Shown here: positions 34,966 to 47,407 of the stretch, one piece after another
How positions within the stretch are numbered: the stretch's first letter is position 1
How the letters are laid out: every line of letters begins with the position of its first letter
Origin: Tubiluchus corallicola
Lineage: Eukaryota; Animalia; Priapulida
Direction: 5' to 3'
Length of the DNA: 64,000 nucleotides
Assembly: GCA_030141605.1 (NCBI GenBank)
Contig: JAQGDQ010000869.1
Span: 22,430 to 86,429, forward strand
Program-made: the position numbers and the translations under genes
Notes under the pieces: generated by a model
What the model was told of the DNA's origin: nothing
Databases searched by the model: none
The model's input: the letters and a program-made list of their open reading frames with translations, nothing else

Positions 34966-35710
34966 AAGTTGCTCAGTCACCGTAGCATTGCCCATTCTAG
35001 AAGCTACAGTAGGACAAAGAACATAGCAGCTGCGTGTCACAAGCACCATGACAACCTATTGTTCCAGCTAAGCTGTGGCTTGCTGTTGTGTGAAATTTTA
35101 CACAATTTATTTACAAAAATTATTAGCGCACAAAAAGTTTACATCTAGCATTTTCATAAAGAACATATTCTGGTTGGATATTTCCTTAGCTACTTGAAGA
35201 TTCTGGCTATTTTTGTTTAACTAGGCAAATAATTTAACTACTTGAGAAAAATCTGCTGGTACCCCATGAAAAATGCTTCATTTACTCAACAAAACAGCAT
35301 AAAACAGTTAATAAATTTACTGAAAATGCACAAAACCCAAAAATGATCTTGACACAAAAATGTGATCATTGCAGAACTTAAGAACCCCTAGAACTCCTCG
35401 TAATAAATCCGTTGACAGTTTTTACCTGCATATACTCATTGTAACAAAATTAACGAATGTTGTGTAAAAAGTGAAATTTCTCAATGGCCATTGCTGGCAT
35501 AACAATGAAACTCGTAATTGCACCATTTGCAGTCACATGATCAACTTTATTTGTTTCTTTTCCACCTTTAATAGGGAAATCTGGCATCTTATGTACTCAC
35601 GATTATTACATAAGCAATTAAGCATCTGCTTCTGTTCTGAATAGAATAAATTTAGGTTGCATAGCTTCGTCCAGACAGGTTTGCAGAAAAATTGAACGCA
35701 ATACCGGTTT

Positions 35711-35864
35711 CCGAATTGCCCGTCACGTCTATTGTAGACATTTGGGCAGGCAGAATTCTAAAATAAAAGAAATCTGCCTTCAGACAGGTAAACGCAGCAG
35801 TAATCCAGCAAAAAACAATAGACACTGCTATGCCAGTGGCTTGTCAGCACCACTTCTGTTTTAG
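35711..35864. mobile_element. Short retroposon insertion with a 13-bp TSD, copy 3
   Basis: Flanked by GCAATACCGGTTT at 35698-35710 and 35865-35877. Confidence 0.8.
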
Positions 35865-36086
35865 GCAATACCGGTTTGAATATTTGTGATTCAAAACATG
35901 AACATGACCGTGTTTTGGTCGAAACATTGCAGAGGAGTTGTTTATGTCTGAGTTAAATGGGTGTTGACTGCTATTTTCAGTTTAAGATTGCATTTGTCCA
36001 TCAGCCATCTACTTTCTTTAAATTACAGATTTAGTGTTTCTTCAATTGAAGATTTTCTGTCCACCCCAGAGTAGTGAGAACAAGAA

Positions 36087-39000
36087 ATGGAAGAGACAAG
36101 CAGAAAGAGAAAGCTCCCTGCATGGTTATTAGCAGCCAAGGAGGTAAATTTTCAATTTTTTGCTGGAAGAAGTCTGGCGCCTCTTCTTACCTGTAACCTT
36201 AAAGGAAGACAGGATGATTTTTCATATACTATCCCATTTTCAAGTCGGATAAAAAGTATACATTTTAACACGATTAATACTGTAAAAGCGTTTCTGATAA
36301 TTAAATAATAGATTGAAAACTTAACTAACGGCAGGCGAGCCCAGCTATTGATGACATCACAAACTAACATAATTTTCAACAGCAAAAATATTCCATGAGC
36401 GTGTTGCACGTGTTTGCGGAAGCGAAAATTGAAGTACAGTGCTACTGTAAGATATTCAGCGTGTTGTACTAAAACTAGGCAAATTTTAAGATAAAAAGTT
36501 CAATTTTCAAATTTACTGCTGTAATCATTTGTCATAAACTAACACATCTGAACTGGAAGGTATGGCAGCCATTTTTTATGCAGGCGCTAGTGCCCGTCTA
36601 ACTAGCAAATGGCGAAATGCATGTAACAGCGAAGAATTAGTGGCGCGAACATGAAATTGTGTTTGTGTGGTAATAATTCTTTCCTTTCAATGTTTTAAAG
36701 AGTAGATTGTTTTGACCTGCAGTTTAAGATTGGATCCGGCCTTGCTTTAAAACCATTCTGTAGATAATTGAAATCGTCAATGCGGTTTCCATTACAGGAA
36801 AAGGAGGATGGAAAACAGCTCAGCCTGCAGCAGGAAGAAGAGAAGAAACTCCCAGAGTTGATCTTTCCCGGAAAGTTCGAATACGTCCATCAGTCGAGCG
36901 AGTGCAACTTCATTTGCTATGAGATTTTGTGGTAAGTGTTCGTGACATAGCAGTCCCTGTTTTCCATGGTAGAGCTATTGTATTCATTACAAAATCCATT
37001 ATTAATAGTAATTTATTAGTATTATTATTGCAGAATTGTATTATTGCTTGAAAGTTTGCACACTACTCATTTAAAGGGGAAGAAAAGGAATCTTAAAGTA
37101 CAGTGTGTCCCAAAAAACTTACGAAATTAAGAAGTTACGACGAACTGTCTTATACGAAGTTATATTGCTTAACATTATGCTTACCCCAGTTTGAAAAACT
37201 TGTGATTGGAAAAGAAAATTCTTAGTCATTTGAAATGTTCGCAACATCGGGTTAAATGGCAGTGAATTACCATCCCAGTGTGCACCACTGGCTCACCAAA
37301 AAACACATTATTGATTTTATTGACAAAATAAAGTACTTTAAACTTTTGCTTTATTGTGTGCTACGAATGCTCTGATTATTTTTTCCAACAAAATACAATG
37401 TGATCTAATGCTATTTCAATTAACTTACCATTAAAATGGTAATTAATGTCATTTAAACTTCAATTTTCAATTGTACTAAATGCAGTTACGTCGGAACAAT
37501 TTAATTAATTGTTCCTTAATTTGTTTTGGGTTTAGCAAACTTTTTGACTATCGATAAAAATTGATTAGCATGGTATAGTTTCTTAACTCTACAGCATAAC
37601 ATAGTTAATGTTTGTTTACGACAGGGGTGTGCAAATTATCTGACTAGCCGGGCCACATTAAACATTCCCGCAATTCCTGTGGGCCACATGCAGTTTGGTC
37701 AAGGAGCCAAGTACAGTAGGACCTAATAACGATTTTTTTGCATGTGATTTGCGCACATCATTACTACTGCACTACTACACTCAAGAAACTATTTTAGAAG
37801 TTATTAAAACTTATATTAAAAACCATATATTTCGTCATGTCCGACAGTGACATTAAGTGACAATGGTCTTGTAAGGGTTAATGCCATCCGATCTAGAGGA
37901 AAAAACTACCCGCACTGTCTTTGCGATATTGGCGCAGACTTCAGCTGGATCGCGTGGGCCGCACAAGATCTCTCGGCGTGCCGCAAGTGGCCCGCGGGCC
38001 GCAGTTTGCACACCCCTGGTTTACGATATTCCTGCAGTGCTGCAGCTGCTGATTAAGTGTGAACTGATAGTTACAATGTTTTCGTTACACAGGGATCGTC
38101 CGGAAGCGAACCCCAGCAAGGTGACTCATGTAGGCCTCGATATCGAATGGGCCGTGACGTACGAAGCCAGCCGTGAAAGTCCGACGGCCGTCCTTCAGTT
38201 GTGCATCGACAGACCTCTTACTTGTTATGTCTTTCACTTGTCGTGTATGAAAGGTGAGCGGATCGTGTGATTTGATCATCACATAAATTAAACAATTTTA
38301 GCATCGTGATGTGACTTTGTTCTATAAATTTGCTTAACGTATTTTAATTGGTCGACATTTATACTAAATTGGCCAATCAGAATAAAGAGCAATTTTGTAT
38401 GACGTGCGTGCTAATGATAGTGGTTGGCGTCCTTCTGTCTCGGAAGACAATGGAGTGTGCGCCAAGAGAGTCAGTTATTGATCACATTGATGGAGCTGCA
38501 GCGTCGACTGTGGCTGAGCAGTGCGATCCTTGAACCACTGGAGTGGCCTCTCCAGGGCGCACGCCTGGGCAAGGTGTATGGAGATCCTGAGTTGCCCAAA
38601 CAACAGGAACCTCCTCTCTTCCTCCCTGGTGTAGTCCAAAGGAAAGCGGAGCGATACGTTTGGCACCACGTTGGCTGCAGGAGCTGCCAGAGTCAGTGAG
38701 CATGCTGCACTGATCCGCCTTCGGGGCTCCACTCCTGATTTGGAAGGTTTACTCCTCTACACATGGCCATTGGGTCGCTTGACCTCCTCCGCCCCCTAGC
38801 CGTTGACTGCTTGTGCAGTTCCTCCACCTAGTGTCGCGATACAGTGTGGGCACCCGCAAGCCTACAGCATCTGGCATTCCTAGGCGGTCACCCATCCAAG
38901 TACTAACCAGGCTCTACGTTACTCAACTTCGGTGATCAGACGAGAACCAGTGTTTTCAACGTGATTTGGCTATAGTCTTGGTATGATAGTATTGACACTA

Positions 39001-42000
39001 TAACTTGTTTGAAGAATGTACACACATTTTCAATTTAGATTAATTTTAAAATGACTAATTTGCGAATGTGAGCTGCTGTGACTTGAAAATTTTTTGCTTT
39101 TGTTGCCGAAACATTTTTAAAGTCCTCGTACAACGTTTGCATGTCAACTTTCTTTAGCTGGGAGGTGAGTGTCTAATTTCACTGTTTAATATTTTCAGGT
39201 TTCCCTTCGGAACTAAAAACTTTACTCGAATGTGAAAGAATAATTAAAGTTGGAGTCGGAATTCAGGGGTAAGCGGGCTTATATCGGCTTAATATCATAA
39301 AAATCTGATTATTAGCAGCCACTTTGTGGTGCTAGTGTCCTAAAATTCCTTGACAAAAGTGCAAATTACAAAGCAAAATTAATCCAAACTTGTGAAGCGT
39401 CTAAAGATGTTTCTTTCCAAGATGTTTAGTTTTTCCAAGATGGACAAATTGTTTCGGAAATCCATTTTTTCTAGAAGGTATTTGTGCTATTTTTGGGAAA
39501 TTAGGGTGAAGGAGGTTCACAAAAATGCTCATAGTCCTTCCAAGAAACCAAACTGTGTACCTTGTGCTGAATGCCTCATGTAGCATCTCTTGCAATCTTA
39601 TTCTCAAAATCTTAGTTGTATAAGTTTTGAAAAAATGGGCAAGAATGGCAATTTTTAGAGGTTATAGTTCCTCCCAGAAGTCCCGAATTGAAAAATAAAC
39701 CTCATATGGGACTGGAGGAGACCGAGATGGTTCGATCGATGTGCCATTTGTGACAAATGATTCAGTAGTTATTGCAAAAATGGTGTATTGTACAAATATA
39801 CATACATCCACAAATAAAATATACCTGGAGCATAAAGTTGCAATTGTGAATGTATTACGTATGTTATACGAGTGCTCGTGTAAAACAATGCTATCATGTT
39901 TTGATTGTCTGCAAGCTGTGCAGTACATTGTACAATCACAATAATATTATTGTCAATGTGTGTATATGTATATATGTGTATGTACACACATTGACAATAG
40001 TATTATTGTGATTGTACATTGCACTGCACAGCATTACTAATATATAAATATATATATATATTGGTAATATTGTTATTATATGTACACACGCATGCATGCA
40101 ACACACACACACACATATATATTTAGTGAAGCAGCAGACCTACAGCTTATTATGTAAACAAAACATTTCTAATAAAGATGATTGATTTTGAGTGAGCTTT
40201 TAATTCAGAAATGATTGACTTAATAATTTTCTTTTAATAATGAACATTTAGAGTGAAATTTGAGGACCCTAATCTGTCTACACTTGTTTGACTGTTTTGT
40301 GATTCATCTCTGGCACAATTTAACACACCTCATTATAACGCTGAACTCGCTGTAACGCCAACTATTTTCTGGCTACAAAGTGGGCAGTATAAAAAGATTT
40401 GACTGAGTGTAGATTGGTGGTATTCGTAACAGTGGATGAAAATTCATGTCATTCATGCTGCAGGTATAAAAAGATTTGACTGTGTGTGTGTAGATTGGTG
40501 GTATTTGTAACAGTGGATGAAAATTCATGTCATTCATGCTGCAGGGATAAAAAGATTTGACTGTGTGTGTGTAGATTGGTGGTATTTGTAACAGTGGATG
40601 AAAATTCATGTCATTCATGCTGCAGGTATAAAAAGATTTGACTGTGTGTGTGTAGATTGGTGGTATTTGTAACAGTGGATGAAAATTCATGTCATTCATG
40701 CTGCAGGGATAAAAAGATTTGACTGTGTGTGTGTAGATTGGTGGTATTTGTAACAGTGGATGAAAATTCATGTCATTCATGCTGCAGGTATAAAAAGATT
40801 TGACTGTGTGTGTGTAGATTGGTGGTATTTGTAACAGTGGATGAAAATTCATGTCATTCATGCTGCAGGGATAAAAAGATTTGACTGTGTGTGTAGATTG
40901 GTGGTATTTGTAACAGTGGATGAAAATTCGTGTCATTCATGCTGCAGGTATAAAAAGATTTGACTGTGTGTGTAGATTGGTGGTATTTGTAACAGTGGAT
41001 GAAAATTCATGTGATTTATGCTGCAGGTATAAAAAGATTTGACTGTGTGTGTAGATTGGTGGTATTTGTAACAGTGGATGAAAATTCGTGTCATTTATGC
41101 TGCAGGTATAAAAAGATTTGACTGTGTGTGTAGATTGGTGGTATTTGTAACAGTGGATGAAAATTCATGTCATTTATGCTGCAGGTATAAAAAGATTTGA
41201 CTGTGTGTGTAGATTGGTGGTATTTGTAACAGTGGATGAAAATTCGTGTCATTCATGCTGCAGGTATAAAAAGATTTGACTGTGTGTAGATTGGTGGTAT
41301 TTGTAACAGTGGATGAAAATTCAGGTCATTTATGCTGCAGGGACTTGCAGAAGCTTGAAAGGGATTATGGGATATCGTCTACAAGTATAATCGACAAAAG
41401 CGTGGTAGATCTAAGCAAGTTTGCCAATTCCATACTCCACTGCTGCGAAACGTGGAGCTTAGATGGACTCTGCAAACACGTGGTAACAAATATTATCATA
41501 TATTAGATACAGTTGTTTGCGTTTACGATCCATATTTTCACGGACGTTAGTCACGATGACAAGTTGATTTTTATTGGAATTAAAAGTTTCCTACATTTTG
41601 TTGGCATTGAAAACTTAAATCTGGTTGTAAAATTCTTCCTCCATTTAATAGGTCTATACAAAAGTTACTTTGGCAGGAGGTCTGTACAAAAGTTACTTTG
41701 GCAGGTTACTTTTGCAGGTCCGTTCAAAAGTTACCTTGGCAGAAGGTCTGTACAAAAGTTACTTTGACAGGTCTGTAGTCTCTGTACAAACGTTACTTTG
41801 GCAGGAGGTCTGTACAAAAGTTACCTTGGCTGGAGGTCTGTACAAAAGTTACCTTGGCAGAAGGTCTGTACAAAAGTTACTTTGACAGCTGAAAATGCTC
41901 TCACATCTTTCCTTGTTCAGATTTGAATAACTCACCTTTAAACTCGAAATTCTTGTGGAACTACATGTATGACTAAAGCACCAGAATACAGTAAACGCAA

Positions 42001-45000
42001 TTTAGTCGTGTCCTGATTTATTTACAAATTTGTTTAGATAGTTCTAGGTTAAACTAAACTCTAAAATCCTGTAATTTATATACAAGTAATAAATAAGTTA
42101 CACACTTACACAATTCAGTGCTTTGTGCCCTGAGATACACATGTGTCAGAGCTATATGCATTCTGTTTATACAATAACTACTGGTGTCTAAGTTACACTA
42201 AGGTCCATTTTATTTAATAAATTTACAGGATAGCCTAATAGATGGCACCAGTGTTCTAAACTAGTTATTAGTGCAATAACAAAAGCTTCTTTCATACATT
42301 TTTGACAAGAATCAGGAAGCGTTATATGGCAATGCATCTTGCAATTACATTTTATTATGTTACAACGTGCAAAATCAAATCTTGGCAAACCGTATATTAT
42401 GATTGAATGAGTCTTGTAAGAATCATACAAAAAAAGTACAAAATTATGATAGTGAGCTAAGTGAAGCAAATAGCTTACTACAGATTATGCTCTCTTGGGG
42501 CCTCTAGGTTAATGAAATTATCCAACCCCCCTCAGACGGAGCCGCCCTCTAACTCGCCCGCACCCGTCTTGAATATTTTTTTACTCGGGATATATTTTAG
42601 CGACATCTACAACAGCTTAAAGTAAACTTATTGAAAATTCTTTAAATAAACTAGAATAACTATCTTGCGTTTGTCAAGAAAAACATTCTTTAAGAAACAC
42701 AACTATTTTGCTGTTTATTGCAAGCCAGCACATATTTCAACACCACCGTAGTGAAAAACAGATTTTTTATCAAATGCTACCAAAGCTTGATGGGCCCTAG
42801 GCTATATCCTATAGGATAATCCAGGCCTGCTGCCTAAGCGTGAAGGGCCCTAGACTATAACCTGTACTAGCCTATAGGATAATCCAGTCCTGCTACCAAA
42901 GCTTGAAGGGCCCTAGACTATAACCTATACTAGCCTATAGGATAATCCAGTTCTGCTACCAAAGTTTGAAGGTCCCTAGACTATATCCTATACTAGCCTA
43001 TAGGATAATCCAGCCCTGCTATCAAAGTTTGAAGGTCCCTAGACTATAACCTATACTAGCCTATAGGATAATCCAGCCCTGCTACCAAAGTTTGAAGGCC
43101 CTAGACTATGACCTATACTAGCCTATAGGATAATCCAGCCCTGCTACCAAAGCTTTAAGGGCCCTAGACTATAACCTATACTAGCCTATAGGATAATCCA
43201 GTTCTGCTACCAAAGCTTGAAGGGCCCTAGACTATATCGTATACTAGCCTACAGGATAATCCAGTCCTGCTAACGAAGCTTGAAGGGCCCTAGACTATAT
43301 CCTATAGTAACCTATAAGATAATCCAGTCCTGCTACCAAAGCTTGAAGGGCCCTAGGATAATTTGACCCTGAGAATAATAATAGTAATAATAATAATAAT
43401 AATATAATTTGGGTTTAATATAGACCTATATTTGCAGAATTATTTGCATGACGTATATTAAAATGAGAAGTATTATTTAATTAATTTCAATATCTTTGTT
43501 ACTTTCAGTTGAAAAGGAAGCTTTTAAAAGATTCTTCAATAAGAAAGAGTGATTGGCGTCGATATCCACTCACGGAACGACAGCTTCAGTACGCTGTTGT
43601 TGACGCTTACGTAAGTTTACAGAAACACGCTGGCTCTTGTTTGATGCGTTTATAACCACCGTGTCATCGTAAAAATCACACCAATGATTCAGATCTAAGT
43701 TTTCTCACTGATTTAAAAGAGTTCACACTTCTGAATTGCATAGACTAATTGGTGCTGGGGAACAGTGGCGTCGTGCCATAGGGGCCCGGGGGGGGGGGCC
43801 TGGGCCCCCCCAATTTTTTTAGAAAATGTCAAAAATTTGAAGGGTGTCAGCGGCTCGTAATGAGACCGGTAAGCAAATTTATTTCCGACTTTTTGACACG
43901 CAATAGCCGGCCAGTGCTCCATAAATGCGAACAGTATGAGCATGAGTATGTGTTTACCTGAAAGTCAGGATGTAGTTAATTTGTTTGCATGTAATCTATT
44001 CAGGAGGCAGGCAGGAACAGTTAACAAAGCAGCTCGTTGAGTAGCATTAGCGTCTTTGCACAAAAGACTGTTAGTTAACAAAACGGCTCAGTTAGCACTC
44101 GAGCTTCGTTCAGCAGTGTGTTATAAAAGAGAATAAGTGAAATAATAGAGCAAAAACAATGCAAACATTGAAAAATTGTGGTCATCTCGCGTCGACAACT
44201 GCAAGGCTCTTAAGGACAACCTGACTGGTGTAGTCATGACATTGGAATCCTTTACCGAAGGACCATCATATGATCGACCAGTTGATTCTGACTCTGCCCG
44301 TTACATCTTGCTCGTGTGAGAGATCCTTTTCTGCTCTTAAATTTGTCAAGAATGCTCTCCGCAGTACAATGAGTCAGACACGACTGAGTGACCTGATGAT
44401 CCTTGCAGTTGAATCTGAGAAAACAAAGAATATGGACTTGAAGTCTGTGGTTGAGCTCTTCTGGAGTGATGTTCTGCGTCGGATTCCTGACAGCTAATAA
44501 ATACTTAATTAAATTTTAATTTAATTTTTAATTTTAATTAAGTTTCCGTTGCTATAGCTTTAAGTTAAATGCCAGTTGGGAATAAATAAATCGTTTTTCT
44601 TGCACGCAAAATACTGTTTATTTTTTCAAAATTATACGTTTTTTAAACAGTTAAGTTCCGCCATTATATACAGTCGGGCCCCCCAATTTTTTTGGTGCAT
44701 GACGCCCCTGCTGGGGAAGTCGATTTCTTAAAAGAAAAATAAACGCACCCATTTGTGTGACTTTATTTTTCCTCCTAAATGCAATGCATCAGTCTGTAAG
44801 TGTTATTAATTGGAAACCTAAATTTATATGTTTATTTTTCGTTTTTACTTACACAGACCACCGACACCGGTAAAAATGTAAATGTAATGTAAAAATGTAA
44901 TTTTTCTAATGTAAAAATCTTCGTATATAAGGTACTAGGATATGAGGGACTTTCGGTTATAAGGAACGATATCTTCAGGTCAATAGAAACCCAGAAAAAT

Positions 45001-46321
45001 TACCTCGCTTGTAAGGTACCCTATGATCAAAGCGAAATTGATCGATTTTTACCCTCAATTTTTCGCAAACTCGGCCTTTGAACAGCTCGGTTTCCGCGGA
45101 CACATACATCTCGCATCACTGAAGGAGCTTCCTACATACCGTCTGCACTGAATGTGTAGCAATAATCCATAAAAGTATGGATAAAAGTGCTGGTCTAGAT
45201 ACACCCTCGGTCTGACTCATCTTCCACTATAAGGGACGCTTTTTTTCCGGTTTTCCGGTCCCGAGGTGTCCCTTATATCCGAGGTTGACTGTATTTGTGA
45301 ATAACGTCTCCCTTTATAGTTTATAATGTGAACCTCACTTAACGCCCCACATTTTTGGCAAAACAAAATGCCTATAGTTGCATAGACATACAAATGTGTA
45401 TTAATGTACCTGGCTATAATGACAAACTCGCTTTTAGCACCAACTACTTTCGCCGTCACAAAGCAGGCGGTATAAAGAGGTTTGACTGTATTAAGTTTTT
45501 ACTGACCAGGTTAAAGGTCGAAATGCTACAGTTGGACATGAGATAATTGTGTTTGAATAAATAGCACCATGTTTATACTTAATGGAAAACCGGATGATTG
45601 CGTAAACACGAGTTCAGAATAAAGAATGCTCTAAAATATTCAAAACTACAATAGATTATTTTAAATCAAAGCTTAGATTAAATAATAATTACCTCGGATA
45701 CTCAAATTTCGTTAAGCATTCAAAGCTACGCGCGGCTCAGTGAATGTACTAAGATTGCCAGCGGCGCCTTTTTGACACATTCGCGTGGCCGACAAATAGA
45801 CGACTGTACTGTGATAAGCATGATCATGAACTGCAGTGTTAGTTTCTGATGTCACATGACGTAGAGTCCATTTTTGTGACATGCGTTTAAACAGTAACAC
45901 TTATGCAAATGTGTTTGACATGCAAGGAAAGACGCCTGCCATTGCACAAACTGTGGTTAGTTTCTGACGTAAGCAATAGCTGTGTTCGGTTGCCGTTAAT
46001 TAACTTTCTAAGGTAATTATTCAAATATAAGGAACAATTGTTGACTTTTATAGGCAAGAAAACGTATATTTCGGATAGTAAATTAAAATGAGATTGAGTC
46101 TAAACAATCATCTGGTCTTCCTTTAACAGAGTACTGGTATTTATTTTTTCAAGGAAACTATGTTTAACTCTCCTTCATTTACATGGCCACACAATGACAA
46201 ATGAGTGTGTCAACAAATTATAATCAGTAATCCCTGCTGTGCTACTAATAATGTACATTCTCTATTCCAGGCTTCATTGTTGCTGTATCAAGAACTGGAG
46301 AGTCGACAACTCCGTGAATGA
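36087..46321 (+). CDS. WRNexo: Werner-type DEDDy 3'-5' exonuclease (WRNexo-like), 238 aa; exons 36087-36143, 36798-36931, 38093-38253, 39199-39268, 41341-41482, 43509-43610, 46271-46321
   Basis: All introns are GT-AG and in phase. Motifs: ExoI VGLDIEW, ExoII KVGVGIQGD, WSLDGLCKHV, ExoIII SDWRRYPLTERQLQYAVVDAY. Colinear with the WRN exonuclease domain; N-terminal RKRKLPAWL. Confidence 0.9.
37622..38018. mobile_element. hAT (Charlie-like) MITE
   Basis: TIRs CAGGGGTGTGCAAA...TTTGCACACCCCTG with a perfect 8-bp TSD GTTTACGA. Confidence 0.92.
38422..38982 (-). mobile_element. 5S rRNA-headed SINE (SINE3-like) candidate
   Basis: Full 5S-derived head at 38977-38858 is fused directly to a ~435-bp GC-rich body; ATGATAGT direct repeats flank it (38414-38421, 38983-38990). 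Confidence 0.65.
40385..41340. repeat. ~80-bp minisatellite, about 12 copies, ending at the WRNexo exon-5 acceptor
   Basis: Unit ataaaaagatttgactgtgtgtgtagattggtggtatttgtaacagtggatgaaaattcatgtcattcatgctgcagg(t/g). Confidence 0.95.
41650..41890. repeat. ~28-bp degenerate minisatellite
   Basis: Unit ggtctgtacaaaagttactttggcagga. Confidence 0.85.
42775..43362. repeat. 63-bp minisatellite, about 9 copies
   Basis: Unit gctaccaaagcttgaagggccctagactataacctatactagcctataggataatccagtcct. Confidence 0.93.
43763..44710 (+). mobile_element. Internally deleted hAT transposon retaining the C-terminal dimerization-domain coding remnant (44270-44497)
   Basis: TIRs CAGTGGCGTCGTGC...GCATGACGCCCCTG with a perfect 8-bp TSD CTGGGGAA. 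The ORF LTLPVTSCSCERSFSALKFVKNALRSTMSQTRLSDLMILAVE is the hATC signature. Confidence 0.93.
44905..45291 (+). mobile_element. 5'-truncated Tc1/pogo-like MITE (same family as 47408-47897)
   Basis: Colinear with 47500-47897; ends GAGGTTGACTG|TA. Confidence 0.8.
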
Positions 46322-46357
46322 TAGTTTGACGTGTAGAATTCTCACACACGATATGGA

Positions 46358-47242
46358 TCATCTACAAGCTAATACTGTCTTCTTGTGCCTTCTCAAGTTG
46401 CTAGGATCACTAAAACGTTTGTCGCAGTGTTGACAACGGTACGGTTTTGCGCCGGTGTGTTTATGCACATGTTTCTGCACGTTTGCCTTGTTCTGTGAGT
46501 GATAAGAGCAGAACTTGCACTGCCACTGTCGGACGTTATTGGCTAACACAAATGTGTCATTCGATTCACCAATGACTTTAGGGACAAATTTAGAAACGTG
46601 AGACCGTGCAGGGTTTTTTCCCGGAGACATCTTATGTCTGGCTGCTGACGTGCCGCCGAAGTTTTTGCGATACTTGTGAGGAGAAATCTGCGTTGCATCT
46701 AACAGTGATAATAACTCTCTTGCAGGTTGTTGATGAACGATCGATAAATTCTGAGTGAACTGAGCTGAATTTACCATATCATTGTTTCTGAAATCCGCCA
46801 TTGTTTGTACAGTAGTACGCTGTCTACTCTCGTTCACAGTTTCCACAGTTCTGTCTTCTATTTCACTGCCATAATCACCGGCTAACATGGGAAAGTCTTC
46901 TTGTGATGTTTCGCTAAACTCTTCTATTACCGGCTCAATCTTTATTTCACTATTTGATGCGGCCTGTTCTGCAAGTTCATCGTTCTGTGTTACGAAGTCA
47001 TTGTTTACTTCATCACGTTCCGATTCGTTATTGTGCACGATTAATTCGTCGTTTGCAGCACCGAACGTTAATTTGCTACACTGCACTGCAAACGTGGTTT
47101 CGTCAAAAGTCGGATTTTGTCCTTCGCACACCAAAATCTTGCAGTGCCATGTCCTCGTGTGTGCAAGGAAGATTTCTTCTGCTACGAAACACTCAGAACA
47201 AGCCGTGCACTTGAAGTAAATTAACTGATCAGCATCATCCAT
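46358..47242 (-). CDS. Zinc-finger array member ZF1 (294 aa from ATG)
   Basis: N-terminal [11 protein letters not shown]...[14 protein letters not shown] module; C-terminal CKFC..HVHKH-TGAKPY-CQHC finger pair. Acceptor tttgtag| lies 15 nt before the ATG. Confidence 0.9.
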   Translation of the reverse strand: MDDADQLIYFKCTACSECFVAEEIFLAHTRTWHCKILVCEGQNPTFDETTFAVQCSKLTFGAANDELIVHNNESERDEVNNDFVTQNDELAEQAASNSEIKIEPVIEEFSETSQEDFPMLAGDYGSEIEDRTVETVNESRQRTTVQTMADFRNNDMVNSAQFTQNLSIVHQQPARELLSLLDATQISPHKYRKNFGGTSAARHKMSPGKNPARSHVSKFVPKVIGESNDTFVLANNVRQWQCKFCSYHSQNKANVQKHVHKHTGAKPYRCQHCDKRFSDPSNLRRHKKTVLACR

Positions 47243-47407
47243 CGTCACACAGCTTCTCTACAAATCAAATGACAAGAAATTACAAATAAAAATTTATTTA
47301 TTTTTGACACACTGGTAGTCTGAACTGCAGGAATTTATTTAGGCTGTCCCTGCATCAAGTTACCTCTATCATTCCCGGTGCATGTAACATTCCTGATCCT
47401 TTTGATA

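Noticed and set aside
40373-40936. 187-aa repetitive ORF
   Set aside because: Antisense translation of the ~80-bp intronic minisatellite.
44270-44497. ZMYM1-like or domesticated host gene
   Set aside because: It lies inside a TIR- and TSD-bounded 948-bp hAT deletion derivative; only the dimerization remnant remains.
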